Shown here: in pieces, positions 22,329 to 33,760 of the stretch
How positions within the stretch are numbered: the stretch's first letter is position 1
Layout: the number at the start of each line of letters is the position of its first letter
Source: Squalus acanthias
Lineage: Eukaryota
Length of the DNA stretch: 64,000 nucleotides
Direction of reading: 5' to 3'
NCBI GenBank assembly: GCA_030390025.1
Contig: CM059433.1
Span: 15,688,001 to 15,752,000, forward strand
Program-made: the position numbers and the translations under genes
The notes under the pieces: model-generated
Database searches by the model: none
What the model saw: only the letters and a program-made list of their open reading frames with translations
Told to the model about the DNA's origin: nothing

Positions 22329-23900
22329 AGGGCTGCTGCTGCTCATTTTGCATCCAGGTCCTCTCACAGCAAAGGCCAGGCAGTCTTTGCAGACCTTCAA
22401 TGCAGCAGCAATGATGACATCATCAGAGGCGACTTTCAGACTGAAAACACTAATTGGTTCATGGGTTCCCACATTCTGAAACTCAATTGCCCAATTAGGT
22501 GAAAATTGCATCAAGCTCCCACATCCAATTGCAGTCGGGTGGATAACAGGAAAAGTGGATGACATCCCGTGAATGCAACGGAGATTGCAGATGAGACTCA
22601 AAAGGACTCAGTACTGAAAAGAGTGTATGAAAACACCTTGAATGGATGGACTGATCAGTGTCTGGACACAGAGTTGAAACCATTCCATAACCATCGTACT
22701 GAATTGTCTTGTGAGCAAGGTTGTATCAAGTGGGGTTACAGAGTGGTGGTACCTACTTTATTGAGAGATAGGATTCTGGCCGAACTTCATACTGAACATC
22801 CAGGAATTATCAGTATGAAATCAATTGCAAGAAGCTTTGTTTCCTGGCCTGGATTGGACAGTGATCTTGAATCACTTGTCAGCAAATGCAGCGTTTGCCA
22901 AAATTGCAGAACAAACCACCCAAAACCCCACTACAACCCTGGTCATGGCCAAGTAGACCTTTTCAGAGAGTACATGTAGACTTCTGTGAGAAAGGAAATG
23001 ATTATTTCCTGGTGTTTGTAGATAGTCACTCAAAGTGGATTGAAGTGAAACACATGGGTTCAAATACTACAACTAAACGTACCATAGATGAGTTGAGGTC
23101 TATCTTCGCATGTCATGGCTTACCTGAAGAGCTTGTTTCTGACAATGGCCCTCAGTTCCGTTCTGCTCTATTCCAAGCATTCATTAAGTGGAACGGTGTC
23201 AAACACACTCTCGTTCCACCATATCATCCAGCTTCAAACGGAGCAGCCGAAAGGTCAGTCAGAAAAGTAAAAGAAACTCTCAAAAAGCAAGTGTTGCAGG
23301 GTTGTTCGGGACTCAGCATGAAGCAACATTTGGCAAATTTCTTGCTGAAGTACAGAACTACTCCGCACACTACAACTGGATATACCCCAGCAGAACTCTT
23401 GATGAAGAGGAGATTGAGAACACGATTGAGTCTTGTTCAACCAAATTTGGCCTCAAGAGTTGAACAGTAACAGTTGAGTCAGAAGCGTTATTAGGACACC
23501 AATCAGAAAGAACGCAGTTTCAAACAAAACAAGTGTGTTCGTGTTCTCAGTCCCCCTGGAAATTTGAGTTCACACAAGTGGGATGTAGGAACCATAGTAG
23601 AGGTTGGTGGAACCAAGAGATATTTGGTTGAAATTGGTGACAACATCTGAAGTGTTCATGTAGATCAAATGATCTCTTCTAGAGATGAACCAAGACATGA
23701 TCGTGAACCACTTGATCATGAACTCATACATGAGTTTGACTTTGTTCAGACTTCAGAAACTGAAGTATCAGGTTCAAACAAATCTGAGATAGAAACAGGA
23801 TCATCTTTGAGTTCGGAACCAAAACAAAACAGTCCGAAAATTGGTTCAACACCTTTTTTTTTAGGAGAACAGGAAGGCTCCGCAAACCTATTATTAAACT
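19286..23900 (+). pseudogene. Gypsy gag-pol with stops and frameshifts
   Basis: Gag with CFHCQKQGHISTAC knuckle; RT (WATPIVVVPK, LPYGVKSSPKIFQ, NQDDVLI); RNase H (LACDASSY); integrase (H..HPG...CSVC, HVDF, VSDNGPQF, PYHPASNGAAER). Confidence 0.93.
21938..22556. mobile_element. Harbinger-type non-autonomous fragment inserted in Gypsy pol
   Basis: Starts with TIR gggctggattttc, like the end at 36113; pol resumes ~22558; contains (CT)n at ~22301-22328; right TIR not seen. Confidence 0.7.
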
Positions 23901-24023
23901 GGATTTGTAGTTGATTTAAAAGAAAAAAAAACAGGAGTTTTTGTTATGTGGTACATGCAATGCTGGGAAAGGTGGGACCACCTGTTTTGTTGTATTTGAG
24001 ACATTTTTTTAAGGGGAAAGCAG

Positions 24024-24160
24024 TGTAATGTATTGTCACATGGTTTGTCACATGGTTTAGTATGAGCATGCTCAGTTCGCTCTGGCCTAGTAAAGCAAGC
24101 ACATTGACTATCAACTCATCGTTTCTCTACCCTTCATTTGTTCTACTCACATATACTACA
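24024..24160 (+). repeat. Gypsy 3' LTR
   Basis: Follows the PPT and matches the 5' LTR. Confidence 0.95.
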
Positions 24161-24265
24161 ATTGACAGTCTTTATGAGGAAGTCACTGGACACTGGAGAA
24201 ACATGCTAATGTGCAGCCCATATTCAAAAATGGTGAAAAATCAGACACAGGCAACTACAGGCCCT

Positions 24266-25480
24266 TTTTTCTGAATTTATTTTTCAGGATGTGGGTGATG
24301 CTGACAAAGGCCACATTTATGGTCCATCCCTAATTTACCTGAGCAGGTGGTGGCAGGTCTTCTATTTGAACCACTATGGTCTTTGTGGTGGTGGTGCTCC
24401 CACAAGGGCTTTAGGTAGGGAATTCCAGGATATTGACACAACAATGATGAAGGAATAGCGATACATGTCCAATTCAGGGTGGTGTGTGACTTGGAGGAGA
24501 ACTTAGAGGTGATGGTATTCCCACAACATTGCTGCTCTTGTCCTTCTCAATGGTAGAGGTCACAGGGTAGGGAGGTGCTGTCGAAGTAAATGAGTTGCTG
24601 CAGTGCATCCTATAGATAGTGCAGACTGCAGTCACAGTGTGCTATTGATGGAGGGGTGGATATTGAGCCCACAGATAAGGGCACCAATCAAGTGAACCGT
24701 TCTGTCCTGGATGGTGTCAACCTTTTTTGAGTGTTGTTGTGCCTGTACCCATCCAGGTAAGTGATGAGTATTCCATCTTATTCCTGATTTGAGCCTTGTA
24801 GATGGCAGAGTGGCTTTCAGAGGTCAGGGGATGAGCTACTCATTACATAGTACCGACCTTCTGTCCTGATCTTGTAGCCTTGTTATTGAAAAGGTTAATC
24901 TCGTTAAGCTTCTAGTCAATGGTTACTCTCAAGATGTTGATACAAAGGGAACTCAGCAATGGTTGTACTGTGGAAGGTCCTGGGAGATGGTCAGGCTTCC
25001 TTTTGTTTCAGGTGGTCATTTCCTGGCATTTATATGGTGCAAATGTTACCTGTCACTTGTCAGCCCTAGCCTTGATGTTGGCCAAGTCTTGCTATTGGCT
25101 GTCATGGGCCACTTCATTATCTGAGGTGTTATGAATGGAGCTGAACACTGTGCAATCATCAGTGAACAGTCCCACTCCTGATCTTATGACAGATGGAAAA
25201 TCATTGATGAAGCAGCTGAAGATGATTAACCCAGCTTGCCTCCCTGAGGAATTTCTGCAGTGATGTTTTGGGGCTGCAATGATTTCCATCTGTAAACCAT
25301 GACCATCTTCCTTTGTGTCTGGAATGATTTCATTGACCCTCAGTGACCTCAGTTTTGCTGCAGTTCCTTGGTGTGCAATACTTGTTCGAATGCTGTGTTG
25401 ATGTCGAGGTTAGTTAGTGTTACTTCTCCTCCAGCATTCAGCTCATATCCATATCTGAATCATGATAGTAATTAGGTCTG
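24266..25480 (-). mobile_element. Older diverged copy of CR1-group LINE family A
   Basis: Colinear with 11813-12740; IIFSCFINDFPSVIRSGVGLFTDDC in ORF 25092-25289. Confidence 0.85.
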
Positions 25481-26558
25481 GGTGTCATTAAATGACTTGA
25501 TCCATGCAGCTGGTTTGTATTATATAGCTTTATGTGTGAGGTCATTTGAAGATATGAATATGACAAGCCTTGCAATTGTAATTTACAGCACTAATCTGTG
25601 CCTTATGTGTATGTATGTTCAGCAGTGAAAGAACTGTAAGGTTTGTGAATGCTTGCCATGGGACAACAATCAATGTGCAACAGGTTGTTCGGCATAAGTT
25701 GTGGCATGCATAAGTAGGCCATGTAGCTGGTAAATTGGGTTGTCTTACCTTGGCACTTCTTTAAAGTGGGACATCCTCTTCCATATCTGTTTCTTACAGG
25801 TTCACACAGCATTAAACCTCAGCACCACCTCCTGCCAGACACGCTGCACTGGTATCCTCTGGAGAGGTTGCCCTTGAGTGCCAAACAGGGCCAACCCTTC
25901 TCATACCCACCTCATGAGAAGCTTGTCTACCGCACCAGCCATCAAACAGAGAGGGTGGGTAAATGCATCAGTTGCCCAGAGACTCCGCTGCTTGCCTCCT
26001 CACATATCTTCGCAGTCACATTTTTTTGTCTTCTGAACGTCCGAATAATAAAACAACTTCCATAAATGTCTTCGCCACTACATGTGGCGACTTACCTTTA
26101 AGTGGCTGCATCTGTCATAATGTAATGAGTTCCACCCCTCCCCCTTCCCAGTCAGTTCCCACCAACAAGTACAAATTAGATTATATTAAATCACCTGAAA
26201 TCAGTGTTCAGTACTTCTCTAGGACCAGAAGTAGAAATTCACCCTCCGTTGTCTCCTCTCTCATTTCCTGTACACATCAGCACCAAATGAATGACACACA
26301 TTTAAACCACAAGGGCTATTGCAACATTTTACAGGATCATTGACATTGCAGTGATTGCGACGCAGTGCTGGTCGTGGATTGTTCACACTGTTTGCACTCA
26401 CCGGGTACAAAGTGTGGCTACATTAACTCACGGTGTGTGCTAATGGAATTGGGAGCCTAGTGTTGCAGATGCATGTACCAATACCTTTACCTACCCTAAA
26501 GCGACAAAAGTGAGAAGTCGCACAACACCAGGTTATAGTCCAACAGTTTTATTTGAAA

Positions 26559-26596
26559 TCACAAGCTTTCGGAGCTGCTGCCCCTTCGTCAGGTGA
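26559..26596 (-). ncRNA. Minimal hammerhead ribozyme-like motif
   Basis: tcac-CTGACGA-a-ggggc agca gctcc-GAAA-gc-tt-gtga. Confidence 0.6.
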
Positions 26597-26699
26597 AGTG
26601 AAGGAAAACGAATCGGCAAAGCATATATAGACAGAGAACAATGCCTGAGCAGACCTGTTCTCTGTCTATATATGCTTTGCCGATTTGTATTCCTTCACT

Positions 26700-26737
26700 T
26701 CACCTGACGAAGGGGCAGCAGCTCCGAAAGCTTATGA
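26700..26737 (+). ncRNA. Minimal hammerhead ribozyme-like motif (one stem I mismatch)
   Basis: tcac-CTGACGA-a-ggggc agca gctcc-GAAA-gc-tt-atga. Confidence 0.5.
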
Positions 26738-26869
26738 TTTCAAATAAAACTGTTGGACTATAACCTGGTGTTGTGCGACTTCTCACTTTTGTCCACCCCA
26801 GTCCAACACCGGCATCTCCGCATCATACCCTAAAGGGAAGTTAAGTTTCTCTTCTGAGTGAATGCCACG

Positions 26870-27137
26870 ACTGCAACTTACATTCATTTTGCACCTTTAA
26901 CGTAGAAAATGTCCCAATGCGCTTCACGGAAGTGTAATCAGACAACAATGGACACCAAGTGTTGTTAGGAAGGGTATTTAAGGAGGAGAGAGAGATGGAG
27001 AGGTGGAAAGGTTTAGGGGGGGAATTCCAGAGCATAGGGCCTAGATGGTTGAAGACAGGGCTGCCAATGGTGGGATGAAAGGAGTGGGGAATACGCAAGA
27101 GGCTAGTGTGGGAGGAACGCAGGGTTTGGAGGGCCAT
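26870..27137 (-). mobile_element. Old L2 3' fragment
   Basis: LRSS..SLLRIP...TIG..F..LGPMLWNSPPK; homologous to 18080-18390. Confidence 0.75.
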
Positions 27138-27946
27138 GTGTTGCTAGAACAGGGGGGAAGGGAAGGGAGTGGAATGGGTACAGGGTTGTTATCTGTGGAA
27201 AGGAAATTAAATAGATAGGGTAGAATCTATAAGAGGGTGGATTGTAAATGGTCTCTGAAAGGAATTGGTTTCATGAGCTGAATGGCCTTTTTTCCTTCTA
27301 TGCGTTCTTCTGTTCTTATGATACGCAGGCATAGAAATTTGGGAGCGCCCATTTTTGGACGATCGGGAGGGTGGTTTAATGTGGAGTAGGGAGGAGCACT
27401 GCTGCTCCTGGGGAGGAGGCAAGGGAGGAAGGGAGAGGTTAAACTTTTAGTAACTTCCTATAAATCGTACCTAAATCCTTTCCTTTTGAAAAATGGTCAA
27501 AAATCCCAAAACACGACACAATTATCAAGTGCAGATTAAAGTTCTCTTTATGCCTTCGAATTAAGTATTCTCAGGTCAAGTACAAGCATAGATTACACGC
27601 AGAGTAACGCACATCTACACAAGTGAAAAAAGATCACACTCTCAACCTCAACTGTGTCAGTGTGATATTTCTGTTTCTCACACTAACTAGCCTTTCTGAG
27701 TGGGATTGCTTAAAAGTTGCCGAATAACGACCAAAAATAACTTGCGGCTTCCAACTACATTGCAAACAACGGAGGATATTTTACAGAATATTGTTCAGAT
27801 ATTCTATTTAAATTGCTTGCCAAATACTAAGGCAGGAAAATGTGATTAGTGTCACCAAAACACCACGGCATTGCTTACAGGTTTGCCATTGTGACTAAAA
27901 TCACGTGCAGTTTTCGAGCTGCTCTGCTTCTCCAGACATAAAGACA

Positions 27947-28814
27947 GGGAACGGTAGCACAGTGGTTATGTTACCGATATGAGACTCCCAAAACAAGCGC
28001 CCTACTCGGAGCTCCGACACGGCAAGAGAGCCCCAGGTGGGTAGAAGAAACGCTTCAAGGACACCCTCAAAGCCTCCTTGAAAAAGTGCAACATCCCCAC
28101 TGACTCCTGGGAATCCCTGGCCCAAGACCGCACAAAGTGGAGGAGAAGCATCCGGGAAGGCGCCGAATACCTCGAGTCTCTTCGCCAGGAGCAAGCGGAA
28201 GCCAAGTGCAAGGAGCACACGTCAACCCAAGCAGCCCACCCACCAGTCCCTTCAACCACTGTCTGCCCCACCTGTGACAGAGACTGTAGGTCCCGCATTG
28301 GACTCATCAGTCACCTGAGAACTCATTTTTAATGTGGAAGCAAGTCATCCTCAGTTCTGAGGGACTGCCTAAGAAGAAGAAGGTTATGTTACTGGACTAG
28401 TAATCCAGAGGCCTGGACTAATGATCCAGAGACATGAGTTCAAATCCCACCACGGCAACTGGGGAATTTAAGTTCAGTTAATTAAATTAATCTGGAATAA
28501 AAAGCTAGTATCAGTATCAATAATGGTGACCATGAAACTACTGGATTGTCATCTGGTTCACTAATGTCCTTTAGGGAAGGAAATCTGCCGTCCTTACCCG
28601 GTCTGGCCTATATGTGACTCCAGACCCACAGCAATGTGGTTGACTCTTAATTGCCCTCAAATAGCAAGCAAGCCACTCAATTGTACCAAACTGCTACAAA
28701 GAACAGCGGTTCAAGAAGGCAGCTCACCACCACCTTCTCAAGGGCAATTAGGAATGGGCAATAAACGCTGGCCTTGCTGGCGACGCCTACATCCCGTGAA
28801 TGAATAAAAATAAA
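27947..28814 (+). mobile_element. tRNA-derived SINE (MetaSINE-like), interrupted by an RTE LINE
   Basis: Same family as 6521-6979; TSD ataaagaca (27938-27946, 28815-28823). Confidence 0.88.
27975..28381 (+). mobile_element. RTE-clade LINE 3' fragment
   Basis: RLPKQ..YSEL..G.R..GG.KKRFKDTLK, WESLAQDRTKWR, C2H2 motif CPTCDRDCRSRIGLISH; (AAG)n tail; 11-bp TSD ggttatgttac. Confidence 0.92.
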
Positions 28815-28844
28815 ATAAAGACAATGCAACATCTCAGGTATATC

Positions 28845-29606
28845 GGCCCAGAAATTTGACTCGGAGGCTTGCCGCGGGGGTAAGGATCCCTCGCGATATC
28901 ACACTCCACGCCGGCTGTTGTGTTTTGGGCCCACAGGAACTTCGGGTCCTGGGCCTCTCCCTAGTGCCGGCGCGCAGTGTGTGCGTGTCCCAGGGGCGCA
29001 GTTAGTGCGATGCGACCTCTGGGATCACGTGGGCCATGGAGAGCCAATGGCAGCAGACTATCTTTCATTCATAGATTTGACAGGAGACATGTCAAATCTG
29101 TGAATTGAAAGAGACCCCAAAAGAACAGCTAAACCTCAAATAAATTAAAAAAAAACATTACATTAATAAAATAACTATAGTTAAATAAATTAACCACTTT
29201 AAACAAAAATTTAAATTTTTTAAAAAATTAATTTTTTTTTTAAAAAGTTATAAAAATAAACTTACCTTTCTTTAAAGTCTCTAAAAAAGATAAACCTGTT
29301 GAAAAAAATTAAAATTATACTTAATTAACTACTTACCTTGTTCAAAAGGGGTCTTACGCCTCCTTTTTACATGTGTATAATCTTCCACACTTACCCTCGC
29401 GTTGAAACCTGAAAAAAAACCTAAGTGTGCTGCGTGCGCGCAGCCTGTAGTGCGCACGCGGTTCACCTAGGAACCGCCCCCTTCGCCATACCGGAAGTGC
29501 CGGTTTCCCACGCATGCGCAGTGCATGCAGGAAACCGGCACTTCGGGATCTAATACGGGTGAGTACACAGTGCGTACTCTCCCGTATTAGGCCGAATTTT
29601 TGGGCC
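28845..29606. mobile_element. Harbinger-type MITE, family M copy 2
   Basis: TIRs ggcccagaaattt / aatttttgggcc; TSD ATC. Confidence 0.88.
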
Positions 29607-30744
29607 ATCAGCTTTGACGATAACAAACATAAGTCAACCTGTGCGAGGCATCAATAAACAAAAACACTTTGGAATACCAAAGGAAATATTGTGTGAAGAT
29701 TTGAATAATTAATAGCTTGGATACAGAGCTTCTATGCACAAGTAAACAGTTCAATTTTTATAATTATTATTATAACCAATATGGCAAAGTAAGACCTTCC
29801 CTTTTTGTTATGTTCCAAATGGTGTTCAATAAATTAGCTCTTGTGTAAGCTGCAGTGAAGCAAACCCCTAATCTATGTTGCTGTGGGTGTCTGATTCACT
29901 GGTGACCAGATGACAGGGCCTGTTGTTAATAAATCAAACTTTGCTCTTGCCTCGTTTTGTAAGCTGATGAGATGCAATGGCTTATTTTTGCTTTTGCTGA
30001 ACTAGCTCCATGTATCATGTTTCAGCTGACATTTCTCTGCTGTGTATACAAAGTAATCTATAGGCAGCATTAAATTGCTTCAGCACATTGCGTGGAACAT
30101 TGGCGGAGTGGAGCAATATTGAATAGGATGGTAAAAGCTGGCCGTGACCACAAACTAATAGAACTTCAGAAAGAACACTTTGTGGCGGCAATGCCTCAAA
30201 CTGGTTCGGTTTCTTTTACTAGGACAAATGGGAACATTCAACAACAACAAAAAGGAATAAACATTTCACAACATTAATTACACTTTTCAAATATTATTTC
30301 TTATCTCTCATATTGTGGATCCGAGGTTATGTTTTTGAATAGGCTTTCTCATATCTCCAGTGCTTCCTCCCTGATCTCCATCCTTTCCGCTCCCTCTCTA
30401 GCTTTCGTCCCCTATTTCTTCTACCTCTTCATTCTTCCCTCTCTAGCTTTATCTGTTACCAATTCAGTTCCAGGCCTAAATCTTTGCACTCGTGGTCGAG
30501 TACGTGTGAAACTCTATTAAGCAATGTCTATCTTACTTAATAAAGTAGTGTATCTAAAAAGTATTATACGATGTGCTATATATAAAACAAAAGTATTTAT
30601 TTGATCAAAATGCCATCTGTCTAAAAAATGCAGCTTTATTTGTGCCTTAAATGTGCCCAACATTCCAGCCAAATCCAGCATGCAGAACACCATAAATGCC
30701 TTTCTGTCTGAATAAAGAACCTCCTGTTATAAAGGTCCAATTTT

Positions 30745-30856
30745 TAACTACATTACAGCAGTGACTACACCAAAAGTACTTCATTGGCTGTAAAGCGTTT
30801 TGGGACGTCCTGAGGTTGTGAAAGGCGCTAGTAGAAATCCAAGTCTTTCTTTTTTT
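30745..30856 (+). mobile_element. SacSINE1-like 3' fragment
   Basis: Matches 1570-1678. Confidence 0.8.
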
Positions 30857-32313
30857 CCTCAACTGCATGAACATTTGAAGCTGATGGTTGTTTTGAGGAA
30901 TTACTTTGTTTCTCTTTGTTTTAACATGATGAAATCCCCGTATTTCGATGTCTTTCTCTTGTTGTACAGGTCTCATTGGACTATGCACTTCCTGTGGTCT
31001 AAATGACAGACTGGTGACCTGAGCCCTGTTCTTGACCAACGCCAGTGTTTCTCAGCGTACCAGGAGCCCAATTTCAAAGGGGGCCTGACAATAACTCTCC
31101 CTTCCAATGTTACTTCCCTGTATGGGGAAGCACTGAATGGAAGCCAGGTTGGAGTGGGGCTTATCGCAGTTGGTTCCTCCACTCTGCAGTGCAAAATTGG
31201 AGCTGCACCACTCTTCAATGAAGGAAGAGACAGTTATTATCTGTTATCCGCATCCGCAGTATTTTGCTATAAGTTATTATCTGTTATTTGCCTTGCCCAA
31301 CTGACAGCTGATCTGGAAGGAACTTGCTAAACAATATATTTTATTAAGATTTTAATAGTTCAACAATTTTGTCTTCAATTTGATTCTGTACTATGTAACT
31401 GGCAAATTTCCCACTGTTTGCCACACTTATCAATTCAAAATTCAAACAGATTGAGCTCCTCTCAAACCTGTCAAGATGCTTACTGTATGCATCTTTGTTA
31501 AGTCTAATTTAAAGTGATTTATAAGAAAAATTATAATGCATCTTGAGAATCAATTGTATTCATTGATTTATAATAACGTAAAATATAACAGGACTTTTCA
31601 AGAAAGTTCATGGTTTGCTTTTAAATGCTTTAAATTAATTCCAATTCCCACAAATTAGGCTAAAACAGTCAACTTCAATTAAATATCGTGAACGTGCCTG
31701 CAACTGTAAGGTCCAAAGGGAAATGTGTTCGGGCAGCAAGAAGCGCGTTTCTGACAACCAGGGCTCTACAATGTACGTCTTTCTCAATGGCCAAGTTTAA
31801 TGGAGGAATAGAGTTAAGTAATGGAGAAAACCATTATAAAGTGCATCATTTTTCTGTTATTAACCTATGCTTCAAGGCTTCCTCCTATGCTTACAAGTGC
31901 TAATGCAAATGAAGCCAACAAAACAAGAAATAAAAACCCTGGCTTCTTTAGGGTCCGTTAAAGGCCGTTCAGCTTAGAGATGTAGAGCTTTCCTCAGTAG
32001 GGCTAATAAATAGCGTTTAGCTCTTTACTCACAGCAGTCCTGAGAGTGTGTTTTGTGGCTTTGGGGTGTGATGTCAAAATCTCTGTAATGCCAAGAAGTA
32101 AATAGTGCAGAAAAGCTTTCATCATTAGATCCTGGACTTTTCAACTGGCATCACCAGTGCATGAATCATGGCAGTCAGTATGCTGCCATTGCACATACCT
32201 TTGCAATGAATCATAGAAATTTATGGCGCAGAAGGAGGCCATTCGGATGAAATCATCTTGTGCATATTTATAGTAATTCTAGCTTCTTTACCTGATTAGA
32301 TTAGAAAACAATA

Positions 32314-32738
32314 CAGGAAACTCTTTATTAACCGGCACCGACGGGACCGGCGTGGTGCCGGTTTATCGAAAGTACTGGATAACGGAGAGTTATATCTACC
32401 GAGGCTATTTTTAACAAAGAGACTCCAGGCAGCGCGGGAGAATCAACTCCTGCTACTGCAGTGTTTCGGACTTCCGACAGCGCCAGGAGGCCGAGTAGTG
32501 GCACTTTTGAAAACTACCCCTACTGACTAAATCGGCGTTCGCAGACTCGGACTCGGACTCGGGATCGGCAACATTGCCGGTTATTTGAGAGGAGTTTTCG
32601 GAGTACTCGGCGTTCGCGGAGACTCGACTGCGACTCGGCAACATTGCCGGTTATTTGAGAGGAGTTTTCGGAGGATGATTTTTGCCGGTTAAGCGAGAAT
32701 TCCGGATATTTGGGTGCCGGATAAACAAAAGTTTCCTG
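32314..32738. mobile_element. Tc1/mariner-superfamily (pogo/Tigger-like) MITE
   Basis: 26-bp TIRs caggaaactctttattaaccggcacc / ggtgccggataaacaaaagtttcctg; TA TSD; internal ~70-bp tandem duplication. Confidence 0.9.
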
Positions 32739-33439
32739 TACTTGTATTTATATAGCACCTTGTGGCTTTGAAATATCACAACGCATATCACACTCTACAA
32801 CTTCAATGGAAATGAAAATCGGGAGAGATGTATAACAGACAGCTGAATCTGACCCATTTTCCACCATCACCCAAACTCAAAATTGCCACCATTGGCATTG
32901 ATGCCACCCTGCCACTTTACTCAAACTTTACAACAAAGTGATTGTTTCCAGTCTGCCATGCTCTTGTTCCATTAGCTCTCACTAAGGCCATTTGGCATAG
33001 CTCAAACTTCATGGAAAACTGCTTGACATCGGGAAATAAGCAGATGTCTGCTTTAAAATCTTTTACGGTACCATATTCCATCTTTAAACGTGGCTTTATG
33101 CACTATACTGCTTGTAGGAGTCGCCACTTTGAAAACCCTACCCCAGTCCAGCTGAATCTTAGTCAACTAGTTTTTTGCCCAACAGTGTTGATTTATTCCC
33201 CTTAACTGCAACTAAGACTAAGATAATGACTTAGTAAAGAAATGTATTCCCCATAGTAGGATTTTAGGAGTAAATTCACTGATCCTGCACTTAAAGGGAG
33301 CATGGATCAAATAATTGAAGCTTGTATCCCTATTTCCAACCTTCACTCCTTTTGAGCACAGTTCTCACTGGGAGTGCTGGTTCAGTAACTCTGCCTTTAA
33401 TATCTTAGCAATTTCTTCCAACAGCACATATGATGAGCA

Positions 33440-33760
33440 TTAGCTAGAAATATTGATTCTGGCAACATAGATACCATTGCCCCTATGTCTAACTGCATCA
33501 CCACTGTTGTTCCAGGTAGATGTAATTGTGCGTAAATGCCTTTCCTTTCCTTTCTTCTTCTATTGGCCATATATACAGTATGGGCTCCAAAACGTCTTCA
33601 GCTACTGGGATACCCAAATCCATGCCATCTGCTACATAATGAGGCTTTTTATTTCTGCATATACATCCAATTTTTGAACGTGTGGTATTTTACTTCCTTA
33701 AATTTGCAGCAATTATGGAGGTGCTTTCCCCTACAGGAGTTGTTAAGCTCTTTGTTGTAA
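33440..33760 (-). pseudogene. Very old Gypsy gag-knuckle and protease relic
   Basis: SCRGKH..CKFKEVKYH (degenerate knuckle) followed by VVMQLDIGAMVSMLPESIF (DTGA-like protease motif). Confidence 0.5.

Larger units (their letters stand above)
18892..24160 (+). mobile_element. Full-length decayed Ty3/Gypsy LTR retrotransposon
   Basis: 137-bp TG...CA LTRs, TSD actga/attga, PBS, PPT aaggggaaagcag (24011-24023), gag-PR-RT-RH-IN domain order. Confidence 0.95.
18570..24265 (+). mobile_element. Old CR1 ORF2 fragment (18570-18891 and 24166-24265) split by the Gypsy insertion
   Basis: ILNVYFFQVFT, GIDGIYHRVLKE before the LTR; ANVQPIFKNG...GNYRP after it. Confidence 0.7.
26502..26825. mobile_element. 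Penelope-like element reduced to inverted terminal repeats plus tail
   Basis: 138-bp inverted repeat (26503-26640 / 26656-26793), ~32-nt extension, 10-bp TSD taccctaaag (26492-26501, 26826-26835). Confidence 0.85.
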
